A stretch of DNA of 62,763 nucleotides from a virus (Duplodnaviria; Caudoviricetes): the IMG/VR virus record IMGVR_UViG_3300044641_003586, positions 1 through 62,763 of that record. One strand, written 5' to 3'. The notes below the pieces were generated by a model. The model saw only the letters and a program-made list of their open reading frames with translations, was not told the DNA's origin and made no database searches. Shown piece after piece: positions 40,867 to 50,348 of the stretch. Both the position numbers and the translations under genes were made by a program. Positions within the stretch are counted from its first letter, which is position 1, and each line of letters begins with the position of its first letter.

Positions 40867-43308
40867 TTATAGAAGGGAAGTAATTTGTCCAGACATTACA
40901 TCAAAAATTGGATGCTCCTTCCAGCCGCTTTCCTGCAAGGCAGTATGCGGTGCATGAAACCGTGCTGATCGAAGATTGCTGCCAAAATTTTGAGGGGCTA
41001 GGCGAACGGTGAACATAACCACTTCATTTTCGGCTTCCTCTTGGCTCATTCCAGTGAATTTGGCTACCTTAAATGCAGCTTTTCTAACTGTTCCCTCCAT
41101 AAAACGAACGCCATTCCCCTCCCAGCACCAGCCATAGCCACGTCCAACTCGCGGAACAATAGAAGTATCAAAGCTGCCAGCATGAATCAAATTTGATCTT
41201 AATCGCTTGGATTCTTTGCCATTGATGGCTGGCAATACTACCGATCCATCAAAGACGTATTGAGCGTTGGATGGAGGATAAATACAGTCTGGAATATCAA
41301 GGCATCCCTCTAAGATACGAGGGTGTTTTAGCCCTTCAGCAATCGTCATGGCGGATGATTGATTCCCGATGAAAAGACTACTTCCAGCAATGAGTTTTGC
41401 CAGTTCCAGCATGTTTTTGACCTTTACATGTTTAACATCTCCAAAGTGACGGAATGCCGCATATTCCTCATCTAAACCTACAAAAATAAGCTGATCGCCA
41501 TAGTGCTTAACAATCTCACCCCAAGGAAAGTAATCATTGTTGTAGCGAGGGCTGCGATTTATCACGATTTTTCCGTGAAAATCAAAGTCTGACACTTTAA
41601 TCCAGGGTTCAGAAAAAACAGGGACAGCCTCAATAAATCCCATCATGTGAGCATGTTTAGCATGAACCGCTGCTAAGTTTGTCTTTCTGTCATGCACACC
41701 CACTCGGCGGAAATCCTCTGAACGCCAATCGCATTCATCGGGCCTTCCGATGCGGACTGCTTTGATGATGGGCTGGCTTTCAAGGAAAGGGCGGATGAAC
41801 TTCTCACGGGCTACAATACCTTTGGTCAATCCGTCATCCCAAAGATGGTAAATAACTGGATTGCCTCGATAAACGAGAGTGGCTAGAGATACAACGCAGT
41901 CGCCTAAATCGCCGCTGCTAGATACCGTAACAGTAGGAAGCTCAATGGTTTTACTCATATCTTTTGTGGAACAATACACCCCATCATACTTATGTTCCAC
42001 AAAGTTCCACGCCACGGTGTCGTCAAAGACTTCCTCGGTGCAATGGACTCCTGTGATGCCAATGTGCTTAGATCTTGAGGCTGTTGGGACAATGCAATGC
42101 AGGTCGTTCTTTGGCATGACTCGAAGCTGGATATTCCAGTCCCAGCCTGCGGGAGATTCGTCTTCTTTCCCACTGGAATAGTCAAAATCCCAAGTGTCTT
42201 TGAGGTATTTGTTCCACACATGGGGCCATGTTCCCCAGATGTTGCCTGTGAACTCGGTGACTCGGTGCCATGTCGCGGGGTTCTTATCGGCCTTATCGCC
42301 TACCCACTTGGCACAGATCGCCATTGTTTTCTCGTCGCCATGCAGATTCCAACGGCTTGCCCCCCAAAGGAAGTCAAGGATGTCTGGCGAAACAAGAAAG
42401 TCGTCCTCGCCAAGAATGGTGAAGGTTGCGCCCTCAATGCGGAAGCAGTGGTCAAACAAATGCCAAGGATTGCGTAGGACGCCCAACTTTTCCTTGTTGA
42501 AATGCTTGATGACAGGAACCGGAGACTTGGCTGCAAACTCGTCAATGACAGCTACGCATTCATGCCTCTTGTCCGTAGGCTCAATGAAGAAGTGAACTGA
42601 GGACAAAAGTGACAAGTTGGTTTTAAGCCAGCTATCCAAAGTGGGCTTGAGATACTGCGGACGATCAGCGCAGGTGAAGGCCAAAATGGTTTGGCTTTGC
42701 AAGCGTCCCAAGGTCGTAGCTCCATGCTCATAGCGTTCCTTGGAGTTCGACTTGCGAGCCACATCATCTTCCTCGCCATATCCTTGAGAGGGATTGGCAT
42801 GAAGAAAACCAAGGTCAACCTTACCTCCCTTTGTGGCATCCACATAGCCCCAGCGTTTTGCAACCTCGGTAAACCAGTTGTCGCAATAGACCGATTTGAA
42901 GGACGGGTGCCACAGATAGCCCATTGCTTCGTAGAAACGCTTAGACACGATGGGATGGCAAATCAGTTCGTCCTTGCGATGCTTGTCGCCAACATGCAGG
43001 ATGTCTGCCCCATTGCTCATGTAGGACTCAATGATCTGATCCCAAGCATGAGCGGGTTGCCAGTCATCATCTAAGGCAACTAGCACATCGCCAGTCGCTT
43101 CTTCAGCAGCTTTGTTCCATGCCGCTACAACGGTGTTCTCGTTGGAGATCACCGCATCAGGAAACGCAGCTTTGCCAACTTCGTCATCGTGGTCAACGCA
43201 GGTGATGATTTCAATGTTGGCTGAGTTGTCCGCACGTCCAAGCCATAGCTGTTGACATTTCTTAGCGGCTTCAGGACGACGGGTTGCGTGTAATAATGAT
43301 ATTTTCAT
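40867..43308 (-). CDS. three-domain glycosyltransferase fusion (GT-A + GT-A + GT9-like)
   Basis: VALDDDW..SVYCDNWF; DRPQYL..GEDDFLVSPD..GWDW..RSKHIG; SGDLGD..SLFIGNQS..IAEGL. Likely start MKISLL. Confidence 0.85.
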   Translation of the reverse strand: MKISLLHATRRPEAAKKCQQLWLGRADNSANIEIITCVDHDDEVGKAAFPDAVISNENTVVAAWNKAAEEATGDVLVALDDDWQPAHAWDQIIESYMSNGADILHVGDKHRKDELICHPIVSKRFYEAMGYLWHPSFKSVYCDNWFTEVAKRWGYVDATKGGKVDLGFLHANPSQGYGEEDDVARKSNSKERYEHGATTLGRLQSQTILAFTCADRPQYLKPTLDSWLKTNLSLLSSVHFFIEPTDKRHECVAVIDEFAAKSPVPVIKHFNKEKLGVLRNPWHLFDHCFRIEGATFTILGEDDFLVSPDILDFLWGASRWNLHGDEKTMAICAKWVGDKADKNPATWHRVTEFTGNIWGTWPHVWNKYLKDTWDFDYSSGKEDESPAGWDWNIQLRVMPKNDLHCIVPTASRSKHIGITGVHCTEEVFDDTVAWNFVEHKYDGVYCSTKDMSKTIELPTVTVSSSGDLGDCVVSLATLVYRGNPVIYHLWDDGLTKGIVAREKFIRPFLESQPIIKAVRIGRPDECDWRSEDFRRVGVHDRKTNLAAVHAKHAHMMGFIEAVPVFSEPWIKVSDFDFHGKIVINRSPRYNNDYFPWGEIVKHYGDQLIFVGLDEEYAAFRHFGDVKHVKVKNMLELAKLIAGSSLFIGNQSSAMTIAEGLKHPRILEGCLDIPDCIYPPSNAQYVFDGSVVLPAINGKESKRLRSNLIHAGSFDTSIVPRVGRGYGWCWEGNGVRFMEGTVRKAAFKVAKFTGMSQEEAENEVVMFTVRLAPQNFGSNLRSARFHAPHTALQESGWKEHPIFDVMSGQITSLL

Positions 43309-43330
43309 ATTAAAGTATATAGGAAATTGA

Positions 43331-43424
43331 TGCCTGCCGCCGCAAGAGTCCTCCGAAAATTTCCGAAGGCGTATGCCCCCTTGCGCTTGAACAAGGTTCT
43401 CGTCTAGCACAGGAACGGCAGGCA
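43331..43424 (-). ncRNA. structured RNA element of unknown class
   Basis: Closing stem TGCCTGCCG/CGGCAGGCA; inner stems CGCAAGGG/CTCTTGCG and CCTTCG/CGGAGG. Confidence 0.45.
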
Positions 43425-43427
43425 AAT

Positions 43428-43539
43428 TGGTGACTCAGGCTGGAATTGCACCAGCTATTGCAAGACCCTTCAGTGGCTTCTTTATCTTGCTTTCGCCACT
43501 GGACGGAAGGCTGCGTGTCACTTTCCACGCCGCTGAGTC
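43428..43539 (-). ncRNA. tRNA-like RNA with an extended, non-canonical anticodon arm
   Basis: GACTCAG/CTGAGTC acceptor + A-CCA; D-like arm GCGTG/CACGC; T arm GCTGG-TGCAATT-CCAGC; long central arm CAGTGGC/GCCACTG. Confidence 0.75.
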
Positions 43540-43552
43540 AAATTGTCAAAGA

Positions 43553-43894
43553 TCATTTCTTTGCAGGACTGACACGCGCCCCCATCCCGACACGGGACTT
43601 CTCGCGCATCTTTGTCTGCACTTTTTTGCGGCCTAGCTCGCCTGCTGTCTTGGGGGTTTCGGAGGACACACGCTTCGTGGGGCGGCAATACTCGTTGGAG
43701 CCTCCAGCACCACAGGGTTTGCCTGTTCGCTGGTCCTTCCAGTTTTCCTTTTCCCATCGCTTGAGATTGGAACCAGCTTCGCCCTTTCGGACATTGCCTT
43801 TAGCCTTGCGGCACTTGGCAATGGCTTGAGAGGCACGGGCCGATGGAAACACGGCATAGCTGGCTTTGACTTTGTTGTAGCAGGCGTCTTTCAT
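43553..43894 (-). CDS. conserved small basic phage protein
   Basis: DACY.KVKA.Y.VFPSA.AS.A.AKCRK...LKRW.KENW...CRPTKRVS..TPKT, familiar from other phages. Confidence 0.75.
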   Translation of the reverse strand: MKDACYNKVKASYAVFPSARASQAIAKCRKAKGNVRKGEAGSNLKRWEKENWKDQRTGKPCGAGGSNEYCRPTKRVSSETPKTAGELGRKKVQTKMREKSRVGMGARVSPAKK

Positions 43895-43899
43895 GGAAA

Positions 43900-44013
43900 C
43901 TACTTTCGCTTTTGAGAGCTTGCGCGTGGCCCCTTTCCGTAACGGGCTTTTTCGCGCATCTCATGTTTCTCGCCCATCTCATGCCCGTCCTCTTTGGATG
44001 AGTTATGCTTCAT
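43900..44013 (-). CDS. tiny basic hypothetical protein
   Basis: 37-aa ORF MKHNSSKEDGHEMGEKHEMREK... filling the gap. Confidence 0.4.
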   Translation of the reverse strand: MKHNSSKEDGHEMGEKHEMREKARYGKGPRASSQKRK

Positions 44014-44049
44014 GGAGCAGGTTTTTTTGCAGCGGGGGGGGTCATAAGA

Positions 44050-44319
44050 TTATTGGCAGCTTTCACACTCCCCCTCGGTTACGTTGCACGCACGATCTGG
44101 CAACGGTTCATTGAAATCGTCGCCTTCGTAATAGCAGACAAGACTGATCGCGGGTTCGGCAGGAGGACCACCTTGGTTAATGACAGGCTCACATTTAAGG
44201 CCAAAGCTCATGGGCAACTTATAGTTACGAACGGCTTCATTGAGGGCAACCATAACGTCATTCAGAACATCGGTTGGGTGTTGGTAGAGGTGGAGGGGGC
44301 GGGTGTGGTATGAGGTCAT
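44050..44319 (-). CDS. hypothetical protein ending C..GECESCQ
   Basis: Likely start MTSYHT. Confidence 0.55.
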   Translation of the reverse strand: MTSYHTRPLHLYQHPTDVLNDVMVALNEAVRNYKLPMSFGLKCEPVINQGGPPAEPAISLVCYYEGDDFNEPLPDRACNVTEGECESCQ

Positions 44320-44408
44320 GGGATAATCAAAACTCCAAACAGAAACACGAACGACAAAAAGGCAAGCATGGAAGAAAGCCAAAGGAAGTCAGAGTCCATA
44401 GTAAGTTA

Positions 44409-44642
44409 TTATTTCTTCTTCACGCTTTTGCTTCCGACACAACCCCATTTCTTACGAGACAGGGCGTTAGGCGAATTGCGGTCTGAACGCCAGTCGCCCT
44501 TGATGTTGTTGCTGCGAGCACAGTAAGCATCTGCACGCTTGCTGCCGATAGGTCCGATTTTGCTGCCCTTCTGTCCGTATTTGACAGTTTTAGTGCGACC
44601 CGTTTCAGGATTCTTGACGGTCTTTGAGAACTTCTTTTCCAT
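44409..44642 (-). CDS. conserved small basic phage protein (DUF6321-like)
   Basis: KTVKYGQKG...RADAYCARS...SPNALSRKKWGC. Confidence 0.7.
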   Translation of the reverse strand: MEKKFSKTVKNPETGRTKTVKYGQKGSKIGPIGSKRADAYCARSNNIKGDWRSDRNSPNALSRKKWGCVGSKSVKKK

Positions 44643-44665
44643 AGTGTTGAATCTTATATTTGTGG

Positions 44666-45076
44666 TTAGATGATGGCAAGACGCTTCTTGATTTTGTATT
44701 GAGTTTTTTCCGAATTGTCAGCGATAGCTTGTAGCAAGTTTTGAGTTCCATCGGTTGCCTTTGGCATTGCCGCCTTGATGAGCTTGCAAAGATCTTCTTC
44801 TCCTTTGAGAATGACTTTGAAAAACACTTCGCAGTCTTTGGAACCTGAATTGACAGAAGACATCTCAACAGCCTCTTTGTTGATCTGCGAGATATTGATG
44901 ACCTCTTTCTCAAGCCCAATGATGCGTTCGATCACATCGTCATAGTGTCCCTCGTAGGATTTATAGAGTCCACCAAGAAAGTCATGGTCCTGGAAAAAGG
45001 TAAGACCATTGCACTCGTTGTGAGCACGGTGAGCAAGAAATTGGAGGGCGCGTAATTGAAGGGCGATGGATTGCAT
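44666..45076 (-). CDS. ferritin/Dps-like four-helix protein
   Basis: AHRAH...FFQDHDFLGGLY..YEGHYDDVIERIIG...NLLQAIAD...YKI. Confidence 0.75.
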   Translation of the reverse strand: MQSIALQLRALQFLAHRAHNECNGLTFFQDHDFLGGLYKSYEGHYDDVIERIIGLEKEVINISQINKEAVEMSSVNSGSKDCEVFFKVILKGEEDLCKLIKAAMPKATDGTQNLLQAIADNSEKTQYKIKKRLAII

Positions 45077-45287
45077 AGGAAATCAAATGTTTGAATCAGT
45101 TGGCGCGATTGGAGTAAATTGGGACGATTTTTGACCACGACGAAACCCGCGTATGTATTGCTCGTTAGCAATAGCCAAAAGTTCCAGATCTTTTTGATTC
45201 AGGCGAAAGACGTAGAACACAAGCCAAATGAGCGATGCGCTGAAGAATCCCACAAGGAACGCAGCAAGGTCACATGCCAGCCATGAG

Positions 45288-45569
45288 TCATTCATGAGAA
45301 TTTTTCTCCAGCCTAGTTTGAATGTTGGCAATGATCTTGTGCCTCAACTTGGCGTTTCGACCAAGAATGATAACGGTATCCGCAATGATGTGCTCAATGA
45401 TGGAAATCTGATCTTCATCAGTTAGCGATTCACGCATTTCAGCCAATTTAGCAGAATGAACCTCCAAGCTCTCAATCAAGCGAAGGTATCCGTATTCAAT
45501 TTGTTCAGGCAAACTGCGAGGACGGGATGGGTCATTGAATCCAAGGACTTTTTTCGGAGAAGGTATCAT
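45288..45569 (-). CDS. hypothetical protein
   Basis: Likely start MIPSPKK. Confidence 0.5.
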   Translation of the reverse strand: MIPSPKKVLGFNDPSRPRSLPEQIEYGYLRLIESLEVHSAKLAEMRESLTDEDQISIIEHIIADTVIILGRNAKLRHKIIANIQTRLEKNSHE

Positions 45570-45606
45570 GTGATGTGCGTTATGATGTAACGAGTATGAG
45601 GGATGG

Positions 45607-46377
45607 TCAACTGGCTTCTTTAGAGCGTTTCTTAAACCGAGGCATCTCCAAGTTAAAGGTATGGCGATTCTCGATACGAGCATCCTCGATTTTTTCAATG
45701 ATGAACTCGGCAGACAATCCGGCTCGAAGTGCTCTGGCTACCTTCCGTTGCAGGTCAATCACTGTGTCTGCCGTGATCTTTCTATAATCAGCCACGCTTT
45801 TCTGCGTGATCTTGCGGCACTCGTTGACTCGCTTCTGGACATATTGCTGCATCTCTGCCCAAATTTCTTCAGGGATCTCAGGGGTGTTCAGAACTCGCAA
45901 TGCACCATCCAATTCTGCTCGAAATTGGACTTCCCACGGCTTGAGGGATTCTTCGTCGGAATGAAAGTTCTCCTGCATCTCCGGCGCATTCCAGCGAATA
46001 TCGAGTTTCTTCCACGCATCGTAGAACGGTTCCATGTTTTCAGGGGTAGCTCCGTAACGCTCACGCAACAGCCTCCATACCTTCGCTTGCCCCATACTTT
46101 TAGGCGATAATACCTTCACCGTAGTTTTGAGGTAGTTCACCATCAGAAGTTCATTCTCACCAATCTGGACGATGCGTTTCCCAAATTTGAGAAAATCATC
46201 CTCTTGGTAAGTGATTCCAGCCATAGCGGACACAGCAAGTCTGTCGTAGCACACAACACCAATCGGGTCAGCCAGTTCCCACAAGATTCGATAAAGGAGC
46301 TTCAGGTGGTGAGGCTGGTGCTGAAGGTCGCGGATGAGGTTTGGTTCAAAGATAACAATTTTGCGAGTGGTGTCCAT
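45607..46377 (-). CDS. hypothetical, possible replication-initiator-like wHTH protein
   Basis: KLLYRILWELADPIGV N-terminus resembles phage replisome organisers; preceded by repeats. Confidence 0.5.
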   Translation of the reverse strand: MDTTRKIVIFEPNLIRDLQHQPHHLKLLYRILWELADPIGVVCYDRLAVSAMAGITYQEDDFLKFGKRIVQIGENELLMVNYLKTTVKVLSPKSMGQAKVWRLLRERYGATPENMEPFYDAWKKLDIRWNAPEMQENFHSDEESLKPWEVQFRAELDGALRVLNTPEIPEEIWAEMQQYVQKRVNECRKITQKSVADYRKITADTVIDLQRKVARALRAGLSAEFIIEKIEDARIENRHTFNLEMPRFKKRSKEAS

Positions 46378-46498
46378 GTCGCGGCATGGCTATCCGAAAT
46401 AGTTTAACCTGTCAATACCCTATGGCATACCCCAATGTATTTATATAAATAAGTTACTAAGGGTATCAGATAGGGTATAATTGTGGGAATTTACAGCT

Positions 46499-46543
46499 TT
46501 TTGGCGGGAAAATGGCGATTTTTGGCGGGAAAATGGCGATTTT
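46499..46543. repeat. 21-bp tandem direct repeat, 2 copies
   Basis: ttttggcgggaaaatggcgat repeated perfectly. Confidence 0.85.
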
Positions 46544-46582
46544 AGGCTGTTTTTGAACATCACTCACATATCGTGCAGTAAG

Positions 46583-46596
46583 TGTTCATTTGAACA
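46583..46596. promoter_or_regulatory. Verrucomicrobia-type LexA box
   Basis: TGTTC-ATTT-GAACA in intergenic DNA. Confidence 0.6.
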
Positions 46597-46727
46597 GTAT
46601 GTGCAGATAAGTGGACATTAATGTCCACTTCTTTGACGCGCACGTTCCTGTTAGTGTGATCTGGCAGCAATACGATTACCACATTCCTTCGGCGGAAGTT
46701 TTTCGGATTTTTAGTCGTGTGAAAAAC

Positions 46728-46934
46728 CTACTTCCTCCCCTGACATCCGCAGGACTTGATCTTACCCCTTGTAAGGTTCTGGTAATAGACTTCCGTTTCA
46801 GCACCGCATTCGCATAAGCATAGCCACCTAGAGTTTCCGTGGGCATTACGGGATACCTGGCGTAGAACAACTAGCCTTCCGAATACTTGGCCTTGTAGGG
46901 ATTTGGGTGATCTTGGCATAAGCTCAATCTTCAC
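46728..46934 (-). CDS. stand-alone N-terminal domain of an AP2/HNH homing-endonuclease-like protein (possible remnant)
   Basis: LQGQVFGRLVVL...WLCLCECG...NLTRG..KSCGC with no nuclease domain following. Confidence 0.7.
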   Translation of the reverse strand: MKIELMPRSPKSLQGQVFGRLVVLRQVSRNAHGNSRWLCLCECGAETEVYYQNLTRGKIKSCGCQGRK

Positions 46935-47376
46935 TTTCCTCCAATTCCCGCAAGAACTTCTCTCGATACAGTGACTTTTCCTTGATACTCAAGGATTTCA
47001 CACGCGGTATCTCTGGAAACATGACAAAAAATGGATCTGAAGCATGGGGCAAATCAAACACATGGCCCAACTCATGCAGCATGGCTGACAAAACATCCTC
47101 ACCGCGCCCGATAAACCGATCCCACCATTTTACAGCCCAAGGCACTTGGTCCGACAACAAGATCAGCCAAGAGTCCACGCCAAGATGACGACACTCGGCA
47201 ATCCGAGTTGGATGCTTCACTCGGTCAATCTTTCCCCACATGATGAGGATTTCAGCCTTGCCATTCCCAACTGGCTTTAGCTCCACCAAGTCTCTTAACG
47301 TAGTATTCCACTCACGGGCTGCTTTGTGGACAAACTTGGCTATCTCAGGTGGGCAGGCGTAAGTCAGGGTTGTCAT
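46924..47376 (-). CDS. matrixin (M10)-like zinc metalloprotease
   Basis: HELGHVFDLPH...VMFP (HExxHxxxxxH plus Met-turn). Confidence 0.8.
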   Translation of the reverse strand: MTTLTYACPPEIAKFVHKAAREWNTTLRDLVELKPVGNGKAEILIMWGKIDRVKHPTRIAECRHLGVDSWLILLSDQVPWAVKWWDRFIGRGEDVLSAMLHELGHVFDLPHASDPFFVMFPEIPRVKSLSIKEKSLYREKFLRELEESED

Positions 47377-47969
47377 TGCGGCTCTCCAATTCGGCATTCA
47401 GCGGTGTAAAGGTATTCCAACGACTCAAAGCGAGGCAGGTTCTCGCAAGGCTTCTCAAACGCCGTGTCCACGCTCAAAACTCGGTTGTTCGGCACAGCAG
47501 CAAACCACCCCTCATTAACTTGCAGTAGGTGTAATTGTTTGTGTTGCTGGAAAGAATCCGACAAAGCATTTCCCGTGAAGTCAATCGTGCAAAGGTAACG
47601 CGCAGGCAAACGATCTGGATATGGCTTAATCCCACACACATTCAACAGTTGAGCATTCCCACGCTTCCAGATGCCAAACTCATGGACGCAAAACTCCGAC
47701 GAGAACGTGTCCCAAGGCTGAATCAGCTCGACATCCGGCAACTCACACGGCTTCCAACAAATCGCCTGTATCGGCAGGCAATACATCGCTCCGGCAATCT
47801 CCGGCTCATCAAAGCGCACCTGAAACTGGAGGCTCGCTGCTTCCTGACACCTTACCCCTAGAATGTGAGCCTTGAGGTATTTGCCGAAGCCGCTTTGGTG
47901 GTTTTGGGTGAACTCTTTGCGAACGAGGCAATGGATGATGGAGGGTAGGTCGGAGAGAATGTAGGGCAT
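47373..47969 (-). CDS. conserved hypothetical phage protein
   Basis: VRKEF, GAMY..LPI.A, QPWD.FS, Y..TID, HKQ.H, PNNR. Confidence 0.7.
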   Translation of the reverse strand: MPYILSDLPSIIHCLVRKEFTQNHQSGFGKYLKAHILGVRCQEAASLQFQVRFDEPEIAGAMYCLPIQAICWKPCELPDVELIQPWDTFSSEFCVHEFGIWKRGNAQLLNVCGIKPYPDRLPARYLCTIDFTGNALSDSFQQHKQLHLLQVNEGWFAAVPNNRVLSVDTAFEKPCENLPRFESLEYLYTAECRIGEPQ

Positions 47970-47999
47970 AAAATTGTGATACAGAAGAAGTGGCACTCA

Positions 48000-48245
48000 T
48001 CAGCCATGGGGTTGCAGAGATTCAGCCAAAGGTCGCAAATCCTCGATAGCAATCTTGATGGCTTCACCAAGACTTACCGCAAGCTGATCCCACGTCTGGT
48101 TGCCCCCTCGGTTCTCAATAGCATCGCAAGCCAACGACTGAACCAAGATGAATAACCGACAGGCAGGATCATCCGTTACTTCATCAAGCGCACCAAGCAC
48201 CTGCGTAAGACCTTCAGAGAGTATGTTGGGAGGTGGTTCGTTCAT
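48000..48245 (-). CDS. hypothetical protein
   Basis: 81-aa ORF in the operon. Confidence 0.5.
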   Translation of the reverse strand: MNEPPPNILSEGLTQVLGALDEVTDDPACRLFILVQSLACDAIENRGGNQTWDQLAVSLGEAIKIAIEDLRPLAESLQPHG

Positions 48246-48249
48246 AAGA

Positions 48250-48789
48250 TTAGTCTAAAATACGGTAAGCAATGATGTCATGGCCTTCTTCAGCGTGGTC
48301 CCAATCAAATTTTTTTGCTGGACCAATATCCGTTTCCCCGTTGCGAAATTTCACCTCACACTTGGTGTCTTCGGGAATCGGACATTTGCTGAGCAGAGGA
48401 ACGCAGCAAAACAATTCTGATCCGGGATATTCTGGAATCAAGCCCTTACGCTTGGTTCTTTCTTGAATCGGACACCTGTCACCATTCCACAGAATCCAGT
48501 CGGGTTCCGTTTTGGTGTCCTCGCATTGGTCGGAACAGACTTCTTTCCGCAGTTCCTCGCGGGCTGCTTTCCATAATTGAAAAGCGTCTTCTTCATTGCA
48601 GAAAGTAATGCGGTTTACTTTCCACCAAGCATCAAACGCCTTCCGCTCTTCGTCGTAGCCGATGGCGTCGAGAACATGCTTCAAAGCCAGCATCCTTGCC
48701 CCCTCTATGCTTTGACCGTTATGAAGTGCCTTCCTCCGTTCGTAGGCAAACATATCCGCCAGTTCCTTGAGTGTGTAGTTTTTGTTCAT
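48250..48789 (-). CDS. hypothetical protein
   Basis: WILWNGDRCP...CEVKFRNG...W.H....DIIAYR, a phage-typical domain. Confidence 0.65.
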   Translation of the reverse strand: MNKNYTLKELADMFAYERRKALHNGQSIEGARMLALKHVLDAIGYDEERKAFDAWWKVNRITFCNEEDAFQLWKAAREELRKEVCSDQCEDTKTEPDWILWNGDRCPIQERTKRKGLIPEYPGSELFCCVPLLSKCPIPEDTKCEVKFRNGETDIGPAKKFDWDHAEEGHDIIAYRILD

Positions 48790-49082
48790 GGCTTCAAAAT
48801 CAGTTCAATCTGCTTAATCACGTTCGCAAGATACTTGGTCTGCTCCCCCGTCAAATTACCCCCATGAAATCCCAAAAGGGTGCTCAACTGAAGATACACA
48901 TTCCGCATAATCAACAAAGCCTCCTCCAGCTTCTTCTCAGCCTTCCCCTCCCGCGCCAGCTTCTCACAAGCATCGTCTAACCAAATGCCAATGTCCTCCG
49001 GCTCAGGCTGGTCGTCGTGCTCACCCCTCCGCCAAAAATTGTAGTAACGTAGATTATCAATGAGTTCAGTTGTCGTAGTCAT
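48786..49082 (-). CDS. hypothetical protein
   Basis: LRYYNFWRRGE...P..IGIWLD, a phage-typical motif. Confidence 0.6.
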   Translation of the reverse strand: MTTTTELIDNLRYYNFWRRGEHDDQPEPEDIGIWLDDACEKLAREGKAEKKLEEALLIMRNVYLQLSTLLGFHGGNLTGEQTKYLANVIKQIELILKP

Positions 49083-49561
49083 AGAATATGTTGTGATGTG
49101 AAACCCATACTGATCCAATCCCAACAACCACGCAAGCAGAAAGTATAAGATTCAATTCAAGAAGAAATCCAGAGAACCCATTCCAGAAAAATAACCCCCA
49201 TACGGCATCAAGCAGAAATAAACGAAGGGGTGGCAGCAACCACAGATGCCCCACAGATCGCTCAGAATCTCGATCCTACGCACTAAGGGAAGTTGAATGA
49301 CCAAAGACACCAAAAAAGCTAGGATGCGCTAGAATCTCATTTGCGGAGGATAAGATTCATTGCGGGAGAATTATGAAAGGGGGGTGTTTTTACGCCTGTG
49401 CAGAGCACCCGCGCCCCGCTGCCACCGGACCACCCGCCCCGTGGGTAGCACCAGCACCAGCAGCAGCAGGCTACCCGCCCCGCCCTGCCCTAGCGCAGCA
49501 CCAGCTATGTCTTTACATTGTAGTCGCTAACTCCAAACAATAGCACAAAAGCAGACTTTTT

Positions 49562-50059
49562 TCATATAATTTCCATAGAATCCATAGATGCTGGAACAAA
49601 ATCGAACTCGCCGGAGTTCAAGATGTTCACCTGAACAGCATTCCCGCCCTCCATGCCGGATGCTTTGTGAACAATCTCGACTAATGCTTTAACATCGCCC
49701 CAACTTTGGACATCTGGCGGAGCTTGCTCAGCTTGACGCAGCCCTTTAGCAGCTATCTGGAGAGCTAGCAGACGGTTTGACTCGCCCAGAGACGCAATGG
49801 ACTCGCTAACGGTGGACGCGACCTTAGCCGCTAGAGAGGCGACAGGAGGCGATTTTTCGACCTTTTGTGACAATGCGTGACTTTCTTTTTTTTGTCCCTC
49901 CATCGCGGCACGCCATATCTCATCGCGGCATCGACGCTGCCGAATAGTAGCGGCATCAACATCAAAACGTGCTGCTAATTCGCTATCAGAAACGCCTTTA
50001 ATCGACAGCAGACGCAATGCCTCCCATGAATCATCGTTTAAAACTGGAGTGTTTGCCAT
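49562..50059 (-). CDS. putative terminase small subunit
   Basis: N-terminal HTH (W..LR...GVS..ELAARFDV...TIR.R...W), helical middle, VQVNI tail. Confidence 0.55.
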   Translation of the reverse strand: MANTPVLNDDSWEALRLLSIKGVSDSELAARFDVDAATIRQRRCRDEIWRAAMEGQKKESHALSQKVEKSPPVASLAAKVASTVSESIASLGESNRLLALQIAAKGLRQAEQAPPDVQSWGDVKALVEIVHKASGMEGGNAVQVNILNSGEFDFVPASMDSMEII

Positions 50060-50348
50060 GCTCCCACGATTTACCAGCCTCCCAAAAACGCCACCGAAAA
50101 AAAGCAAACTTACCCTTGTCATAATTTCTCCTTTGTGCAAAAGTCGAACGCGCCGACCGCGCTTTACACTATGACACGCACCGAAAAACAACGCATTAAA
50201 TCAGCAGTCCTTGAGCTTGCACGCCTAGCCGCTGGCCTGCTCATGATGGGCACCCTTGTCGCAAGCCTCCCTTTTCTATTCGCTATACGCTAAATAATTT
50301 CAGGCCGGAAAACGGCCACCAACAACACAACACAACAGACACCCAAAC

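Noticed and set aside
43428-43539. Canonical tRNA or tmRNA
   Set aside because: No 7-nt anticodon loop, and far too short for tmRNA with no tag ORF; kept as a tRNA-like ncRNA.
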